DNA from: Gammaproteobacteria bacterium
GTDB lineage: Bacteria; Pseudomonadota; Gammaproteobacteria; Magnimaribacterales; TMED112
Reading direction: 5' to 3'
Assembly: GCA_038147295.1 (NCBI GenBank)
Contig: JAYQTH010000001.1
Location: 84,770-148,769 of the forward strand
Length of the DNA: 64,000 nucleotides
The number at the start of each line of letters is the position of its first letter. Position 1 is the first letter of the stretch. Positions 19,809-31,177 of the stretch are shown here, piece by piece. Position numbers and translations under genes: made by a program. Below the pieces are notes generated by a model. That model ran no database searches. It was not told where the DNA came from and saw only the letters and a list, made by a program, of their open reading frames with translations.

Positions 19809-22800
19809 TTTTTTTTAGCAAACTTATAGGCATTTTCAAAAATTTTAAACCAAGGGGATAGCTCTCCCCACTCCGACGGTGCCCAGGAAAATTGTTTGGT
19901 CAGATAGGTTCGTTCTGGATGTGGCATCATAATCATTATTCGACCATCATCATTGCAGACTCCAGCAACACCCTCATGTGACCCATTTGGGTTAAATGGA
20001 TAAATTTTTGAAGCATTATGAGAAGGATCAACATATGATGCTATGACATTTTGTGGAACATCTTCAAATTTGGCTTGCCCCTCTCCATGAGAGACCATGA
20101 CTGGAATAACACTATCTTTCATGTCTTCAAAAAAAATTGATTTTGAATCTGCTATTTTTAATTGAACTAGCCTGCACTCATATTGATTTGATTCATTTTT
20201 AATAAATTTTGGCCAATGATTAGCTCCAGGAATGATATCTTTCAACCCTGAAAGGAATTGACAACCATTGCACACTCCAAAGGCAAACTTAGATTTGTCT
20301 TCAAAGAAAGATTTAAAAATCTTTTTTAATTTTGGTTTAAACATAATTGTTTTTGCCATTCCATTGCCGGCACCCAAAACATCGCCATAAGAAAATCCAC
20401 CTGGGATAACCAGCCCACTAAATTTGTCCAAAGACTTAATGCTGGTTCCAACTTCACTTAAATGGATGTCTTCAACTTCGAAACCTGCTGCCATAAGCGC
20501 TGCAGCCATATCGTAGTGCCCATTAATACCCTGTTCTCTAAGGAGGGCAACCTTTGGCTTTTTCTCAAAAAAATTATTTTTTACTTCTGGTAAATCAAAA
20601 GTAATTTTGGGTGTTAGGTATTCGTCGTTCTCAAGGAAAGCTGTTCTTTCTGACTCAGCACATTCATGGTTATCTCTCATAGATTGGATCTTGAATGAAA
20701 CATCATCCCAAGCCTGATATAGTTCTCCAATACTCTGTGAGAAAACTTCTTTACCATAATTGAGCAACCTAAATTTTGCATGGTTGGATTTTTTTGCAAC
20801 TTCCTGGAAATAAAGATCTTTTTTCGAGTAATAATCCATTACCTCTTTTAAATGATCATTGGGAACCTCAACTACTAAACCAATCTCTTCAGAAAATAGC
20901 AAAGGGATTAATTCACTTCTATCTGCTACGTTTAGATTAATATCAAGACCCGTATTGCTGCATATTGCCATTTCCCATAGAGCAGTTATAAGACCGCCAT
21001 CAGAAACATCATGCAAAGCTGTGATCATGCCTTTGGAAAGAATTTTTTGCGTTGCATTAAACAATCTTTTTAACTTTTCTGGATTATCTATATCAGGTGT
21101 TGGTCCACCATAAAGATTGTAGCTTTGGTATAGACAACTTCCCCCCATACGAAAATCTCCTTGATTGATCCAAACATGGAGGAGCGTTGATTCTACATCA
21201 CTTAATTCTGGAGTAACGCCAACTCTTAGATCTTCTACATTAGAAAAGGCTGAGATATTTAAAGTCATAGGAGAGGTTACCGTTCTTTCAATATCATCGC
21301 TCCATGTTGTATTCATTGACAATGAGTCTTTACCAACTGGTATAGATACACCTAAGTAATCTGCGAGATTTGTTAGAGCCTGAACTCCTCGTAATAAATC
21401 TCCTCTTTCGTCTGAGCTCTTGGTTGAGCTCATCCAGTTTGCTGAGAAGGCAATGTTACTCAGAGCTTGATGCTTTACCCCCACTAAATTTGTTAGGGCC
21501 TCAGCCATCGCCATTCTTGTCGATGCTTCTGGATTTCCAATTGCAATAGATGGTTTCTCACCAATTGCCACTACCTGACCTGAGTAACTATCATAATCAT
21601 CCAGAGTTGCGGCATAGTCACTAACTGGAACTTGCTTATTGCCAATGAATTGATCTCTATATACCAACCCAGTGACTGTTCTGTCACCAATGGTAATCAA
21701 AAACTTTTTAGAGGCAATTGCTGGAAATCTAAGTATATTTAATAAGTGTTGCTGAATATTATCGTGTGGCAGGTCTTCAATTTCCGTTGTTCGGTCGTAG
21801 TCATTGGCAATAAGTTTTGGTAAAGGAATATCGCCAAACAAATCAGTCAGTGTCAAATCAACAATAATTTCGTCTTCATAGCTTACTTTAACGATTTTTT
21901 CAGAAGTTAATTCACCAGCTACAGAGTATGGGCATCTCTCCCTTTTACAGATGTGATCTAATGCGGATAGCTTTTGTTTTGGAATACTAAATACATATCT
22001 CTCTTGAGATTCGTTGCACCATATCTCCATTGGTGACATTGTATCGTCGGCACAATTTACTTTGTCCAATGATATGTTCACCCCTAAGTTAGTATCCTTT
22101 GCTAGTTCGGGAATGGCATTTGAGATTCCTCCAGCTCCGACATCATGAATGAATGAAATAGGGTTTTTTGAGTTTCTGGCATTGAACTTATCTAGAACTT
22201 GCTGAGCTCTTCTTTGCATTTCAGGGTTCGATCTTTGCACCGAAACAAAATCAAGATCTGAGCTTAAGGAGTCTTTGGTTGAGCTTGCTGAACCGCCACC
22301 TAACCCAATAAGCATTGCAGGCCCTCCAAGAACAATTACTAAATCGCCTGACTCGGGCTGCCCTTTTTGAATGAGCGCATCTTTTATTGACCCCAATCCG
22401 CCTGCCAGCATGATGGGCTTATGATAACCATAGTGTTGGAGCTCTAGAGTTCTAAAGTAACCATAAATTGCCGGTCTACCAAACTCATTGTTATAGGTTG
22501 ACGAGCCTAAGGGAGCTTCATTAATAATTTCTTTTGGAGTTGCCATATGGCTAGGCTTATGCAGCGGATTTTCCCAAGTTTCTAGATCTTCATCTAGTCT
22601 CAAATGCGACAAGCATAAGCCCATAAAACCTGCTTTTGGTCTAGCCACTCTTCCTGTCGCCGAGCAATCTCTTATTTCTCCACCACTCCCTGTCGCAGAA
22701 CCCTCGAAAGGTGATATTCCAGTGGGGTGATTATGTGTCTCAACTTTTATGGTTGTGTGCACACTGTCATTAAACTTTTTATAAGTGTTGTCGCCACCTA

Positions 22801-23575
22801 CTTCAAGCATTGACTTTGAAAAGGATTCAATCACCGCTGAATTATCATGATATGCAGACTTAACATGCTTCATTGATTTTTTAGTTGTTGATTTAATGGC
22901 ATCAAACAAGCTATCAAAAGCAAAAGGAATATCAGTCTGCCAATTTGATCGAAATATTTTGTGTCTACAATGTTCAGAGTTAATTTGAGCAAACATCATT
23001 AACTCTGCATCAGTTATTCCCCTTTCAAGTTTTTGAAATAATGAGTTTAGATACTCAATCTCATGCTGGTTGAGAGCTAGACCAAGCTCTGAATTTAGTG
23101 AGATTAATAAATCTTTATTCTTATGGATATCGAAAACATTAGTTTTCTTTCTTTTGCTTTTATTGAATATTGAAGCTGTTTCATCAATATGTTCAAACAA
23201 GGATTCTGTCATGCGGTCAAATAATTTACTTTTGACCATTTTTTTATCTTCTTCAGGAGTAAAAAATGCCTTAAATCTCTCTATTCTTAGTACCCGTTTA
23301 ATGCCAATATTATTAAAAATATCCTGAGCTTTGCTTGACCAAGCACTTATAGTTCCAGCTCTAGGTGTAAAGATCAAATTAGGTTCAAATTTTAGATCCT
23401 CGGCATTTAGTAGGGTTTTTATTTTTTCTATTTCATTAATATCCGGCTGATCATCAAACAGAATGCAAAAGATATATCTAGATTGGAGCTCAATATTTGT
23501 GTTCTTAAAAATTCTTTTAATATCTAGTTCATTGAGAACACTATCCCCTTCGTAAAAAAATATTTTTTGAGCCAT
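19805..23575 (-). CDS. purL: Phosphoribosylformylglycinamidine synthase (large type)
   Basis: [33 protein letters not shown] and MMPHPER motifs. Confidence 0.97.
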   Translation of the reverse strand: MAQKIFFYEGDSVLNELDIKRIFKNTNIELQSRYIFCILFDDQPDINEIEKIKTLLNAEDLKFEPNLIFTPRAGTISAWSSKAQDIFNNIGIKRVLRIERFKAFFTPEEDKKMVKSKLFDRMTESLFEHIDETASIFNKSKRKKTNVFDIHKNKDLLISLNSELGLALNQHEIEYLNSLFQKLERGITDAELMMFAQINSEHCRHKIFRSNWQTDIPFAFDSLFDAIKSTTKKSMKHVKSAYHDNSAVIESFSKSMLEVGGDNTYKKFNDSVHTTIKVETHNHPTGISPFEGSATGSGGEIRDCSATGRVARPKAGFMGLCLSHLRLDEDLETWENPLHKPSHMATPKEIINEAPLGSSTYNNEFGRPAIYGYFRTLELQHYGYHKPIMLAGGLGSIKDALIQKGQPESGDLVIVLGGPAMLIGLGGGSASSTKDSLSSDLDFVSVQRSNPEMQRRAQQVLDKFNARNSKNPISFIHDVGAGGISNAIPELAKDTNLGVNISLDKVNCADDTMSPMEIWCNESQERYVFSIPKQKLSALDHICKRERCPYSVAGELTSEKIVKVSYEDEIIVDLTLTDLFGDIPLPKLIANDYDRTTEIEDLPHDNIQQHLLNILRFPAIASKKFLITIGDRTVTGLVYRDQFIGNKQVPVSDYAATLDDYDSYSGQVVAIGEKPSIAIGNPEASTRMAMAEALTNLVGVKHQALSNIAFSANWMSSTKSSDERGDLLRGVQALTNLADYLGVSIPVGKDSLSMNTTWSDDIERTVTSPMTLNISAFSNVEDLRVGVTPELSDVESTLLHVWINQGDFRMGGSCLYQSYNLYGGPTPDIDNPEKLKRLFNATQKILSKGMITALHDVSDGGLITALWEMAICSNTGLDINLNVADRSELIPLLFSEEIGLVVEVPNDHLKEVMDYYSKKDLYFQEVAKKSNHAKFRLLNYGKEVFSQSIGELYQAWDDVSFKIQSMRDNHECAESERTAFLENDEYLTPKITFDLPEVKNNFFEKKPKVALLREQGINGHYDMAAALMAAGFEVEDIHLSEVGTSIKSLDKFSGLVIPGGFSYGDVLGAGNGMAKTIMFKPKLKKIFKSFFEDKSKFAFGVCNGCQFLSGLKDIIPGANHWPKFIKNESNQYECRLVQLKIADSKSIFFEDMKDSVIPVMVSHGEGQAKFEDVPQNVIASYVDPSHNASKIYPFNPNGSHEGVAGVCNDDGRIMIMMPHPERTYLTKQFSWAPSEWGELSPWFKIFENAYKFAKKN

Positions 23576-25577
23576 TATGCTTTGTTAATTAAAATTTTTT
23601 CTTTCAGCTCGTTAACAAGATCTCTGTAGTAAGCCGCTTTTTCAAAATCTAATTCCTTTGCAGATTGTCGCATTAATTTATCTATTTTTTTGATCTCCTT
23701 GCCAATATTCCTGTAATTTATTTCTGAAATATCGTATTCAGCATCAAGATTCTTTTTATTTTTCTTCTCTTTTTTTATTATTCTTGCCCCCTCCATGACA
23801 TCCTTTATTTTTGATGTGACGGTTTTTGGGGTGATGTTATGTTCTTTATTATATTTATTTTGAATTTCTCGCCTTCTATTAGTCTCTCCTATTGCTCTTT
23901 CAATTGAACCAGTAATTTTATCGGCATATAAAATTGCTTTGCCTTCAACATTTCTTGCAGCTCGACCAATTGTTTGAATCAGTGAGCCTTCTGATCTTAA
24001 AAAACCTTCTTTATCAGCATCTAGAACACCAACGAACCCAACTTCTGGAAGGTCCAAGCCCTCCCTAAGCAAGTTAATGCCTATCAATACATCAAAAGCA
24101 CCAAGCCTTAAGTCTCTAAGAATCTCGACCCTCTCGACAGAATCAATATCCGAATGCATGTACCTAACTTTAATACCTTTGTCATGCATGTAATCGGTTA
24201 AATCTTCCGCCATTTTTTTAGTTAGTGTTGTGATTAGACTTCTAAAACCTTTATTTGAAGTTTTTTGAACCTCTTCCAAAATATCTTCAACTTGATGTTG
24301 AGCTGACCGTATTTCAACTTCTGGATCTACCAGCCCTGTTGGTCGAACGAGTAACTCAACTTTTGTATCCGTGTTTTCATTCTCCCACTTGCCTGGTGTT
24401 GCCGAAACAAATACCCTTTGGGGTGCAATCTTATTCCACTCCTCAAACCTTAGAGGTCTATTATCCAATGCACTTGGCAATCTAAAGCCATATTCAACAA
24501 GTGTTTCTTTTCTTGATCTGTCGCCTTTAAACATACCACCTATTTGCGGTACAGAAACATGCGATTCATCTACAAAGACAATCGCGTTTTTTGGGATATA
24601 GTCAAACAAACAAGGTGGTGCTTCACCAGCAGCTCTCCCAGATAAATATCTAGAATAGTTCTCAACTCCATTGCAAAACCCCAGCTCCTGTAGCATCTCT
24701 AAATCGTAATTAGTTCTCTCTTCTAGTCTTTGTGCTTCAAGCAATTTATTATTTGCCTTAAGCTCTTTGAGCCTTAAATGTAGTTCTGATCTTATTTGTT
24801 CGATGGCTTGCTCAATGGTTGCTTTGGGAGTTACATAGTGAGTTTTTGGAAAAATTGTGACTCTTGGCACCTCATATAGCACAGCTCCTGTTAGGGATCA
24901 AAAAAAGATATTTCAGATATTTTATCGCCTTCGAGCTCAATTCTAACCGACTCTTTTTCTGATTCTGCAGGGAAGATATCAATCACGTTACCTCTGACTC
25001 TAAAGTTTGATCTTTGAAAATCTAAATCATTCCTTGAATATTGCATGGTCGATAATTGTCTTAAGATGTCTCTTTGATTTACTACCTCTCCTCTGCTTAA
25101 ATTTAAGATCATCTTCAAATACGATTTTGGATCTCCAAGACCATAAATTGCAGAAACTGAAGCTACGACAATTGTGTCATTTGATTCTATAAGTGCTTTG
25201 GTTGCAGATAGGCGCATCTGCTCAATATGTTCATTAATATTGGCATCCTTGGCAATGTAAGTATCAGAAGATGGAACATAAGCTTCTGGCTGATAATAGT
25301 CATAATAAGAAATAAAATACTCCACTCTATTGTTGGGGAAAAAATCTTTAAATTCACCATAAAGTTGTGCAGCCAAGGTTTTGTTTGGGGCCATAATTAT
25401 TGCAGGCCTTTGTGTCTGTTCAATTACTTTAGCTATGGTATAGGTCTTACCTGATCCTGTTACTCCAAGCAAAATCTGGTTCAACAAACCATCATTTAGG
25501 TTTTTAGATATTGAATTTATTGCATTAGGCTGATCCCCAGTCGGTTTAAAATCAGCAATTACTTTGAAGCCTGACAT
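23575..25577 (-). CDS. uvrB: Excinuclease ABC subunit B; one-base frameshift near 24894-24896 (probable homopolymer error)
   Basis: [29 protein letters not shown]. The halves join as [12 protein letters not shown] if one C is added to GATCCC. Confidence 0.94.
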
Positions 25578-25617
25578 TGTTTTATATTTTAAAATTGTTG
25601 TTATAATTCCAATCTGT

Positions 25618-25693
25618 TCCCCGATAGCTCAGTTGGTAGAGCAACTGACTGTTAATCAGTGGGTCACTGGTTCGAGCCCAGTTCGGGGAGCCA
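25618..25693 (+). tRNA. tRNA-Asn(GTT)
   Basis: TCCCCGATAGCTCAGTTGGTAGAGCAACTGACT-GTT-AATCAGTGGGTCACTGGTTCGAGCCCAGTTCGGGGAGCCA, 76 nt; extended -10 (TGtTATAAT) upstream. Confidence 0.97.
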
Positions 25694-25725
25694 CCTTTCG
25701 GCGATTTCATAGATAGTTTATTGTA

Positions 25726-26616
25726 TTAAAGTATTTTTTTAACTGCTTCTGCCAACATACCTGCACTTTTTGAATTTTCTCTAAACCACAACTCAGGTTC
25801 GAACAACTCTAGCTCTGATAAATAAACTTCTTTGCTTTTATCCCAAACAATATCAACCCTGCCATAACTTGGTTTTGTCTTACAAGCAGAAATAACATCA
25901 AGTGCAAAAGAAATTTCTTTTTCAGTGGGGATATAACATTCTACAGTGCCGCCAAAATCATCTTGGACTCTAAAATCACCCTCCTTTGCTCGCTTTAGAA
26001 TTGCATGAGAAAAGTTTCCATCAAAAATCATTAGTGATGCCTCCCCCAATGAAGTTATTTGCTCAAAAAAAGGTTGCACCAACATATCTTTTTCTTGGAT
26101 TAAATCTGAAAATAGATCTTCGTAATTATTAACTTCATTCGATGTAATTTTATAGGTTTGATAAGCAGCAGCCGAGATGGCTGGCTTGATGACAATGTCG
26201 CCATAGTTCTCAATTGAACATATAGATTTTAATGTTTCAGTAGAGCCTTTTTTTATTAGTCTTGTAGGGACAATATTTATTCCATTACTTTCCAGATCAA
26301 GTAAATATTTCTTATTGATATTCCAATTTACCAATTCATAGGAGTTTATGAGCTTGGTTTGGTTTTTTATTTTATTGAGCCAAGAATAAAACTTTTCAAA
26401 ATTCTCAAAATAATCCCAAACTGTTCGGAACACTGCCGATTTGGTGGATGTCCAATCGTATGATTTGTTACTCCAATATGTGACATCTACTTTTAGTCCA
26501 TTACTTTCAAGACTTTCTTTTATTAATTGCTCCTCCAGTAAGATATTGCTTATATACGAATTTAATTCGTGAGGCTTGTAGTAAGCCTCACAAGTTAAGA
26601 TAGTAACGTCGTACAA
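25726..26616 (-). CDS. ATP-grasp domain protein (RimK/glutathione synthetase-like)
   Basis: WNINKKYL, VIKPAISA, GDFRVQDDFGG, YGRVD and ELELFEPELW motifs. Confidence 0.8.
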   Translation of the reverse strand: MYDVTILTCEAYYKPHELNSYISNILLEEQLIKESLESNGLKVDVTYWSNKSYDWTSTKSAVFRTVWDYFENFEKFYSWLNKIKNQTKLINSYELVNWNINKKYLLDLESNGINIVPTRLIKKGSTETLKSICSIENYGDIVIKPAISAAAYQTYKITSNEVNNYEDLFSDLIQEKDMLVQPFFEQITSLGEASLMIFDGNFSHAILKRAKEGDFRVQDDFGGTVECYIPTEKEISFALDVISACKTKPSYGRVDIVWDKSKEVYLSELELFEPELWFRENSKSAGMLAEAVKKIL

Positions 26617-26617
26617 A

Positions 26618-28696
26618 TTAATCGATGAGTTTATCTCTAAGGTACTCTAATTGAAGAGTTGACATGTAAGCTGACTGCTTTAAATTTGCAGCTGCAGAGT
26701 GCCCTCCTTCAATATTTTCGTAATAGATTACCTTATGACCCTGGTCAATCATTTTCTTAGCCATTTTTCTGGCATGACCTGGATGCACTCTATCGTCTTT
26801 TGTTGAAGTGTAAAAATACACTTCTGGATAATCTTGATCAGTGAAAACATTTTGATAGGGAGAATATTTACTTATAAATTCCCATTCACTTGGATTGTCA
26901 GGATCACCATATTCATCAACCCAAGATGCGCCTGCAAGCAACTTATCGTATCTATACATATCCAATAATGGCACAGCACAAACGACTGCATTAAAAAGAT
27001 CTGGTCTTTGAGTAAATGTAGCGCCAACTAAAAGACCGCCATTGGATCCTCCTCTTATGCCTAAATGTTTTGGTGAGGTTATTCTGGTTTGAATAAGTTT
27101 TTCTGCCACTGCTATAAAATCGTCGTATGCTCTTTGTCTGTTCTCTTTGAGTGCTGCTTGGTGCCAATTAGGCCCAAACTCACCTCCACCACGAATATTA
27201 GCAATCACATATACACCTCCTGAATCAAGCCAAGCTCTAGAGAATGCACTTAAGTAAGAGGGTGTTTGTGAAATCTCAAACCCCCCATAACCATACAAAA
27301 GTGTTGGGTTTTTTGAATCTTTTACCATATCAACATTTGATATCTGAAAGTAAGGTATTGAAGTTCCATCCTTGGAAGTTGCGTAAAGCTGCTCTACCTT
27401 GTACTGCTCTGGGTTAAATTTGCTTGGTACAGATTTAATTTTTTTAAACTCTTTTGCACCATCAGAATAATAAAGGCTAGCTGACTCTGTAAATCCTTGA
27501 GAATTTAGAAAAGTATGGTCAGACCAACTGTCTACACTTGAAACCGATAACATGCCTCCTTCGAAGCCACGAACTTGATTTTTAATCCAGGTATCTCCTA
27601 CTTTCTGAAGTTGTAAAACCTGGCCGGAAATATTATCAAGAATACTTACTAAAATCTGCTTATGCCCTATTGATACACTCCTAAGGAAACTTTTTTCACT
27701 TGGTTCAAAAAGTAGAGTTAGAGAGTCTGAGGTAATATTATTATCAAGCGCATCATCAATATTTACCGCAATTAAATCTCCGACCCCATAACCTTGCCAA
27801 TCTTCAGCAAGAGAAATAATTAGCAAGTTCTCATAAGTGCCATAAACATCCATTTTGAGCGGCAGATCAAGTTTAACAAGCTCTAGACCTTTAAATAAAT
27901 AAAGCACTTTAGTAAAAAATGTTGGCCCCTCTAAAACTCCAAAATAGCTGCCATCTGGCCTAATACTTGAAAATGGGAAGCTAAATATTTTCTCATAATC
28001 CCCATCAAAAATTAGCTTTGCTTCTTCAAGACCTTGAGCTCGATTCCAAACTTTAACTTGTCGAGGATAACCAGATTCGTTCATGGAGTCTGGCCCAAAG
28101 TTAGTTGCTATTAGTAACTCATCTTCATTAAGCCAACTAAAATATTGTTTTGATTCTGCTGTAATAAATCCATCAGAAATAAACTGCTTATTTATTAAAT
28201 CAAACTCTCTGATGACAATGGCATCTTTGCCTCCATCGGACAAACGAATCAAACACCTCTCATAATCAGGAGCTAAACAACTTGCTCCTCTCCAGACCCA
28301 ATTCTTCCCTTCTTGTTGAGCCAACTGATCTATATCCAGAATATTTTCCCACTCAATCTCCTCTGTTTGGTAGGATTCAATCGATGTCTTTCGCCACACT
28401 CCTCTGACATTGCTTTCATCACGCCAAAAATTGTACATTTCACCGTTCTGAATATAAGCATATGGTATGCGATCATCTGAATTATATTCATCAAGCAGAA
28501 ATTGATATGTGTTATCAAAGCTTTCAGAGCTTTCATACCTTGCTTGTGTAATATCATTTTGCGACTGAACCCATTGCAGAGCTTCTTCGCCTTCTACTTC
28601 CTCAAGCCATAGATATGGATCTTCAACATTTACCACACTTCCACTCCCACAGCTTCCTAAAAAAAATATGCTTACTGCTTTTAATAAATTTTTCAT
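26618..28696 (-). CDS. Prolyl oligopeptidase S9A (lipoprotein)
   Basis: Lipobox LGSC, DPYLWLE, GGSNGG, DDRVHPGH, GGH catalytic triad. Confidence 0.93.
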   Translation of the reverse strand: MKNLLKAVSIFFLGSCGSGSVVNVEDPYLWLEEVEGEEALQWVQSQNDITQARYESSESFDNTYQFLLDEYNSDDRIPYAYIQNGEMYNFWRDESNVRGVWRKTSIESYQTEEIEWENILDIDQLAQQEGKNWVWRGASCLAPDYERCLIRLSDGGKDAIVIREFDLINKQFISDGFITAESKQYFSWLNEDELLIATNFGPDSMNESGYPRQVKVWNRAQGLEEAKLIFDGDYEKIFSFPFSSIRPDGSYFGVLEGPTFFTKVLYLFKGLELVKLDLPLKMDVYGTYENLLIISLAEDWQGYGVGDLIAVNIDDALDNNITSDSLTLLFEPSEKSFLRSVSIGHKQILVSILDNISGQVLQLQKVGDTWIKNQVRGFEGGMLSVSSVDSWSDHTFLNSQGFTESASLYYSDGAKEFKKIKSVPSKFNPEQYKVEQLYATSKDGTSIPYFQISNVDMVKDSKNPTLLYGYGGFEISQTPSYLSAFSRAWLDSGGVYVIANIRGGGEFGPNWHQAALKENRQRAYDDFIAVAEKLIQTRITSPKHLGIRGGSNGGLLVGATFTQRPDLFNAVVCAVPLLDMYRYDKLLAGASWVDEYGDPDNPSEWEFISKYSPYQNVFTDQDYPEVYFYTSTKDDRVHPGHARKMAKKMIDQGHKVIYYENIEGGHSAAANLKQSAYMSTLQLEYLRDKLID

Positions 28697-28759
28697 TCTT
28701 TAATTCTACTTTTTTTATTGCCTTTCCCATAATTTCTAAACACGTTATCATCAATAAAT

Positions 28760-29470
28760 ATGCTTGGTTTTATTTCTGATTTACATCTAGATCCCAATGA
28801 AAATAAAAGAACAGAAGCTTTCTTAAATTTTCTTTCAAATGATTGCATCAAATATGAAGCTCTCTTTATCTTAGGGGATTTATTTGAATATTGGGTAGGC
28901 GACGATGACGATTCATCTCTAGCTGTTCAAGTAAAAAAGTCTCTTAAAAATTATTCAAACCAAGAAAATAAAATATATTTTATTCATGGAAATAGAGATT
29001 TTTTAATTGGCTCTAAGTTTGCAAAAGATAGCGGCATTCAAATCATTAAAGACCAATACATCATGACACATTCAGGTAAAACAATTATGCTCTCTCATGG
29101 CGATGTTTTTTGCACCGATGATCATGAGTACCAAGATCTAAAATCAAGAATTAGATCAAAAAAATGGGTTGATGATTTTCTTAACCAGCCTCTTAATGAA
29201 AGAATTGCTATTGCAGAAGACATGAGATCTAAAAGCAAGGATGCCAGCAGCAATAAGCCTGAAAATATTATGGATACCAATAAGGACTCTATAGATCACT
29301 GCATAAAGCATAATAATTTAGATTTACTAATTCATGGACATACACATCGTCCCGAAATCAAAAAACTTTCTAATGGCTCAATAAAAGTTGTTTTAGGAAG
29401 CTGGGAAGATGAAGGTTGGGTTTTCGAATATGACCATAATCATTTTGATCTGAAGTCTTTTTCTATTTAA
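28760..29470 (+). CDS. lpxH: UDP-2,3-diacylglucosamine hydrolase
   Basis: ISDLHL, GDLFEYWVGDD, HGNRDFL, HGD and HGHTHRP motifs. Confidence 0.94.
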   Translation: MLGFISDLHLDPNENKRTEAFLNFLSNDCIKYEALFILGDLFEYWVGDDDDSSLAVQVKKSLKNYSNQENKIYFIHGNRDFLIGSKFAKDSGIQIIKDQYIMTHSGKTIMLSHGDVFCTDDHEYQDLKSRIRSKKWVDDFLNQPLNERIAIAEDMRSKSKDASSNKPENIMDTNKDSIDHCIKHNNLDLLIHGHTHRPEIKKLSNGSIKVVLGSWEDEGWVFEYDHNHFDLKSFSI

Positions 29471-29485
29471 ATATTTCATATAAAA

Positions 29486-29505
29486 TACTGTATATATATA
29501 CAGTA
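29486..29505. promoter_or_regulatory. LexA (SOS) operator upstream of umuDC
   Basis: TACTGTATATATATACAGTA matches the E. coli-type consensus exactly, inside a perfect 30-bp palindrome at 29481-29510. Confidence 0.95.
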
Positions 29506-29509
29506 TTTT

Positions 29510-29914
29510 ATGATAGATCTTGAAAGCAAGACAGAGAATAATTTTCTTCACAAAAAGCAAAAACACTCAGGGTTTCCTAGTCCTGCTGGTGATTATGTAG
29601 AGAATCCAATAAATATTAATGAACTGCTCATAAAAAGAGCTAGCTCGACATTCCTGATGAGATTTAAAGGCCATGAGATGCTGTTTGCTGGTATAAAAGA
29701 TAATGCCATTCTGGTAATTGATAGAAGTATAAAGGCGACCAATGGGAATGTAGTCGTGGCCTCAGTAGATGGAAATTTTATTTGCCGCAAATTGATAATC
29801 AACAATAAAAAAATGCTTACTACTGCCTGTCATAAAAATAGCTACATAGATATAGATCTAATTTTAGATTTTGAGATTTTAGGAGTTGTCACTTCTTCGA
29901 TAAATATTTACTGA
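29510..29914 (+). CDS. umuD: UmuD-like protein (S24 family) with a degenerate catalytic dyad
   Basis: GFPSPAGDY motif, upstream of umuC; GxSM is GHEM and TVKKL is ICRKL. Confidence 0.88.
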   Translation: MIDLESKTENNFLHKKQKHSGFPSPAGDYVENPININELLIKRASSTFLMRFKGHEMLFAGIKDNAILVIDRSIKATNGNVVVASVDGNFICRKLIINNKKMLTTACHKNSYIDIDLILDFEILGVVTSSINIY

Positions 29915-31175
29915 TGTATGCCTTAGTTGATTGCAATAGCTTTTATGCGTCTTGTGAAAAGATATTCCGACCCGACCTAAAAAATAAGCCAGTCATAGTA
30001 TTAAGCAATAACGATGGTTGTGTGATAGCAAGATCACCAGAAGCAAAAAAAATGGGCTTAACTATGGGTCAGCCATGGTATCAGATCAGAGAAGACTATA
30101 TTGGGAGGGGTGGAGTAGTTTTTTCATCTAATTATGACTATATGCTGATATCTCAAATAGAGTAATGAATCTATTGGCAGCATCTTGCCCTGAGATCGAT
30201 ATTTATAGCATTGATGAAGCATTTCTAAATTTACAAACATATGAAAAAAATATTGATCTAATTAGGTTTGCTTTTGAGTCAAAAGAAAAAATTAAAAAAT
30301 GGATTGGCATTCCAGTAAGCATAGGCATTGCTCCCACAAAAACACTGGCAAAGCTTGCCAACAAGATGGCTAAAGACGATGACAGATTTGATGGTGTAGT
30401 TATTCTTCAAGATAAAAAAATAATTCAACATTTTCTAAAGATGGTGGAGATAGAAAAAATATGGGGAATAGGCAAAAGGCTGGCCAAGAGACTGCAGGCA
30501 ATAGGAATAAAAAATGCTTTACAACTTAGTCAGACTGAACCACGCCTAATGAGAGATAACTTTAGTGTTGTTCTGGAAAGAACAATAAGAGAACTAAAAG
30601 GACAGCCATGCTTAGGTGCCAACAATATACTGGAACCAAAAAAACAAATCATGGTTAGCAGAAGTTTTGGGAAATCAATAGATTCAAAAAAAATTATCAA
30701 TGAAGCCATTAGCTTTCATGCTGGAAGAGCAGCAGAAAAACTAAGATTTGAAGATCAGAAATGTAGTTTAATAACAGTTTTTATTAGATCTAATCCTTTT
30801 AATAGAAACATAAAACAAATATATTCTTCAAATTTTATTGAATTGATCCATCCAACGGATGATTCAAGAGTAATCATCAAGTCTGCTAATCAAATATTAG
30901 ATAAAATATATAGAAAGGGCTATAAGTACTCTAAAGCTGGAGTGCTATTAAGCAGTTTCTCAGACAGGCTTGGATATCAAATGAATCTATTTGAAAAATC
31001 ATGCGATAGCAAAAAGTCAGAAAGACTTATGAGTGTTGTCGATTTTCTAAACTTAACAGAAAAAGGCAAGCTCTATTTTGGAAATCAAGGCTATAGAAAT
31101 ACGTGGAAAATGAAAAGGGATATGAAATCAAAAAGGTATACCACGAAGATAGACGAAATACCTATTGCAAAATAA
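29914..31175 (+). CDS. umuC: DNA polymerase V subunit UmuC; one-base frameshift near 30137 (probable sequencing error)
   Basis: MYALVDCNSFYASCE, YSIDEAF, clamp motif QMNLF, C-terminal WKMKR..SKRYTT. The halves join as SSNY(E)LYADISNRVM with one added base. Confidence 0.92.
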
Positions 31176-31177
31176 AA

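Noticed and set aside
14257..25725. tRNA-Ser and tRNA-Asn as prophage or island attachment sites
   Set aside because: No integrase and no duplicated tRNA 3' end were found, and the genes between them are core genes.
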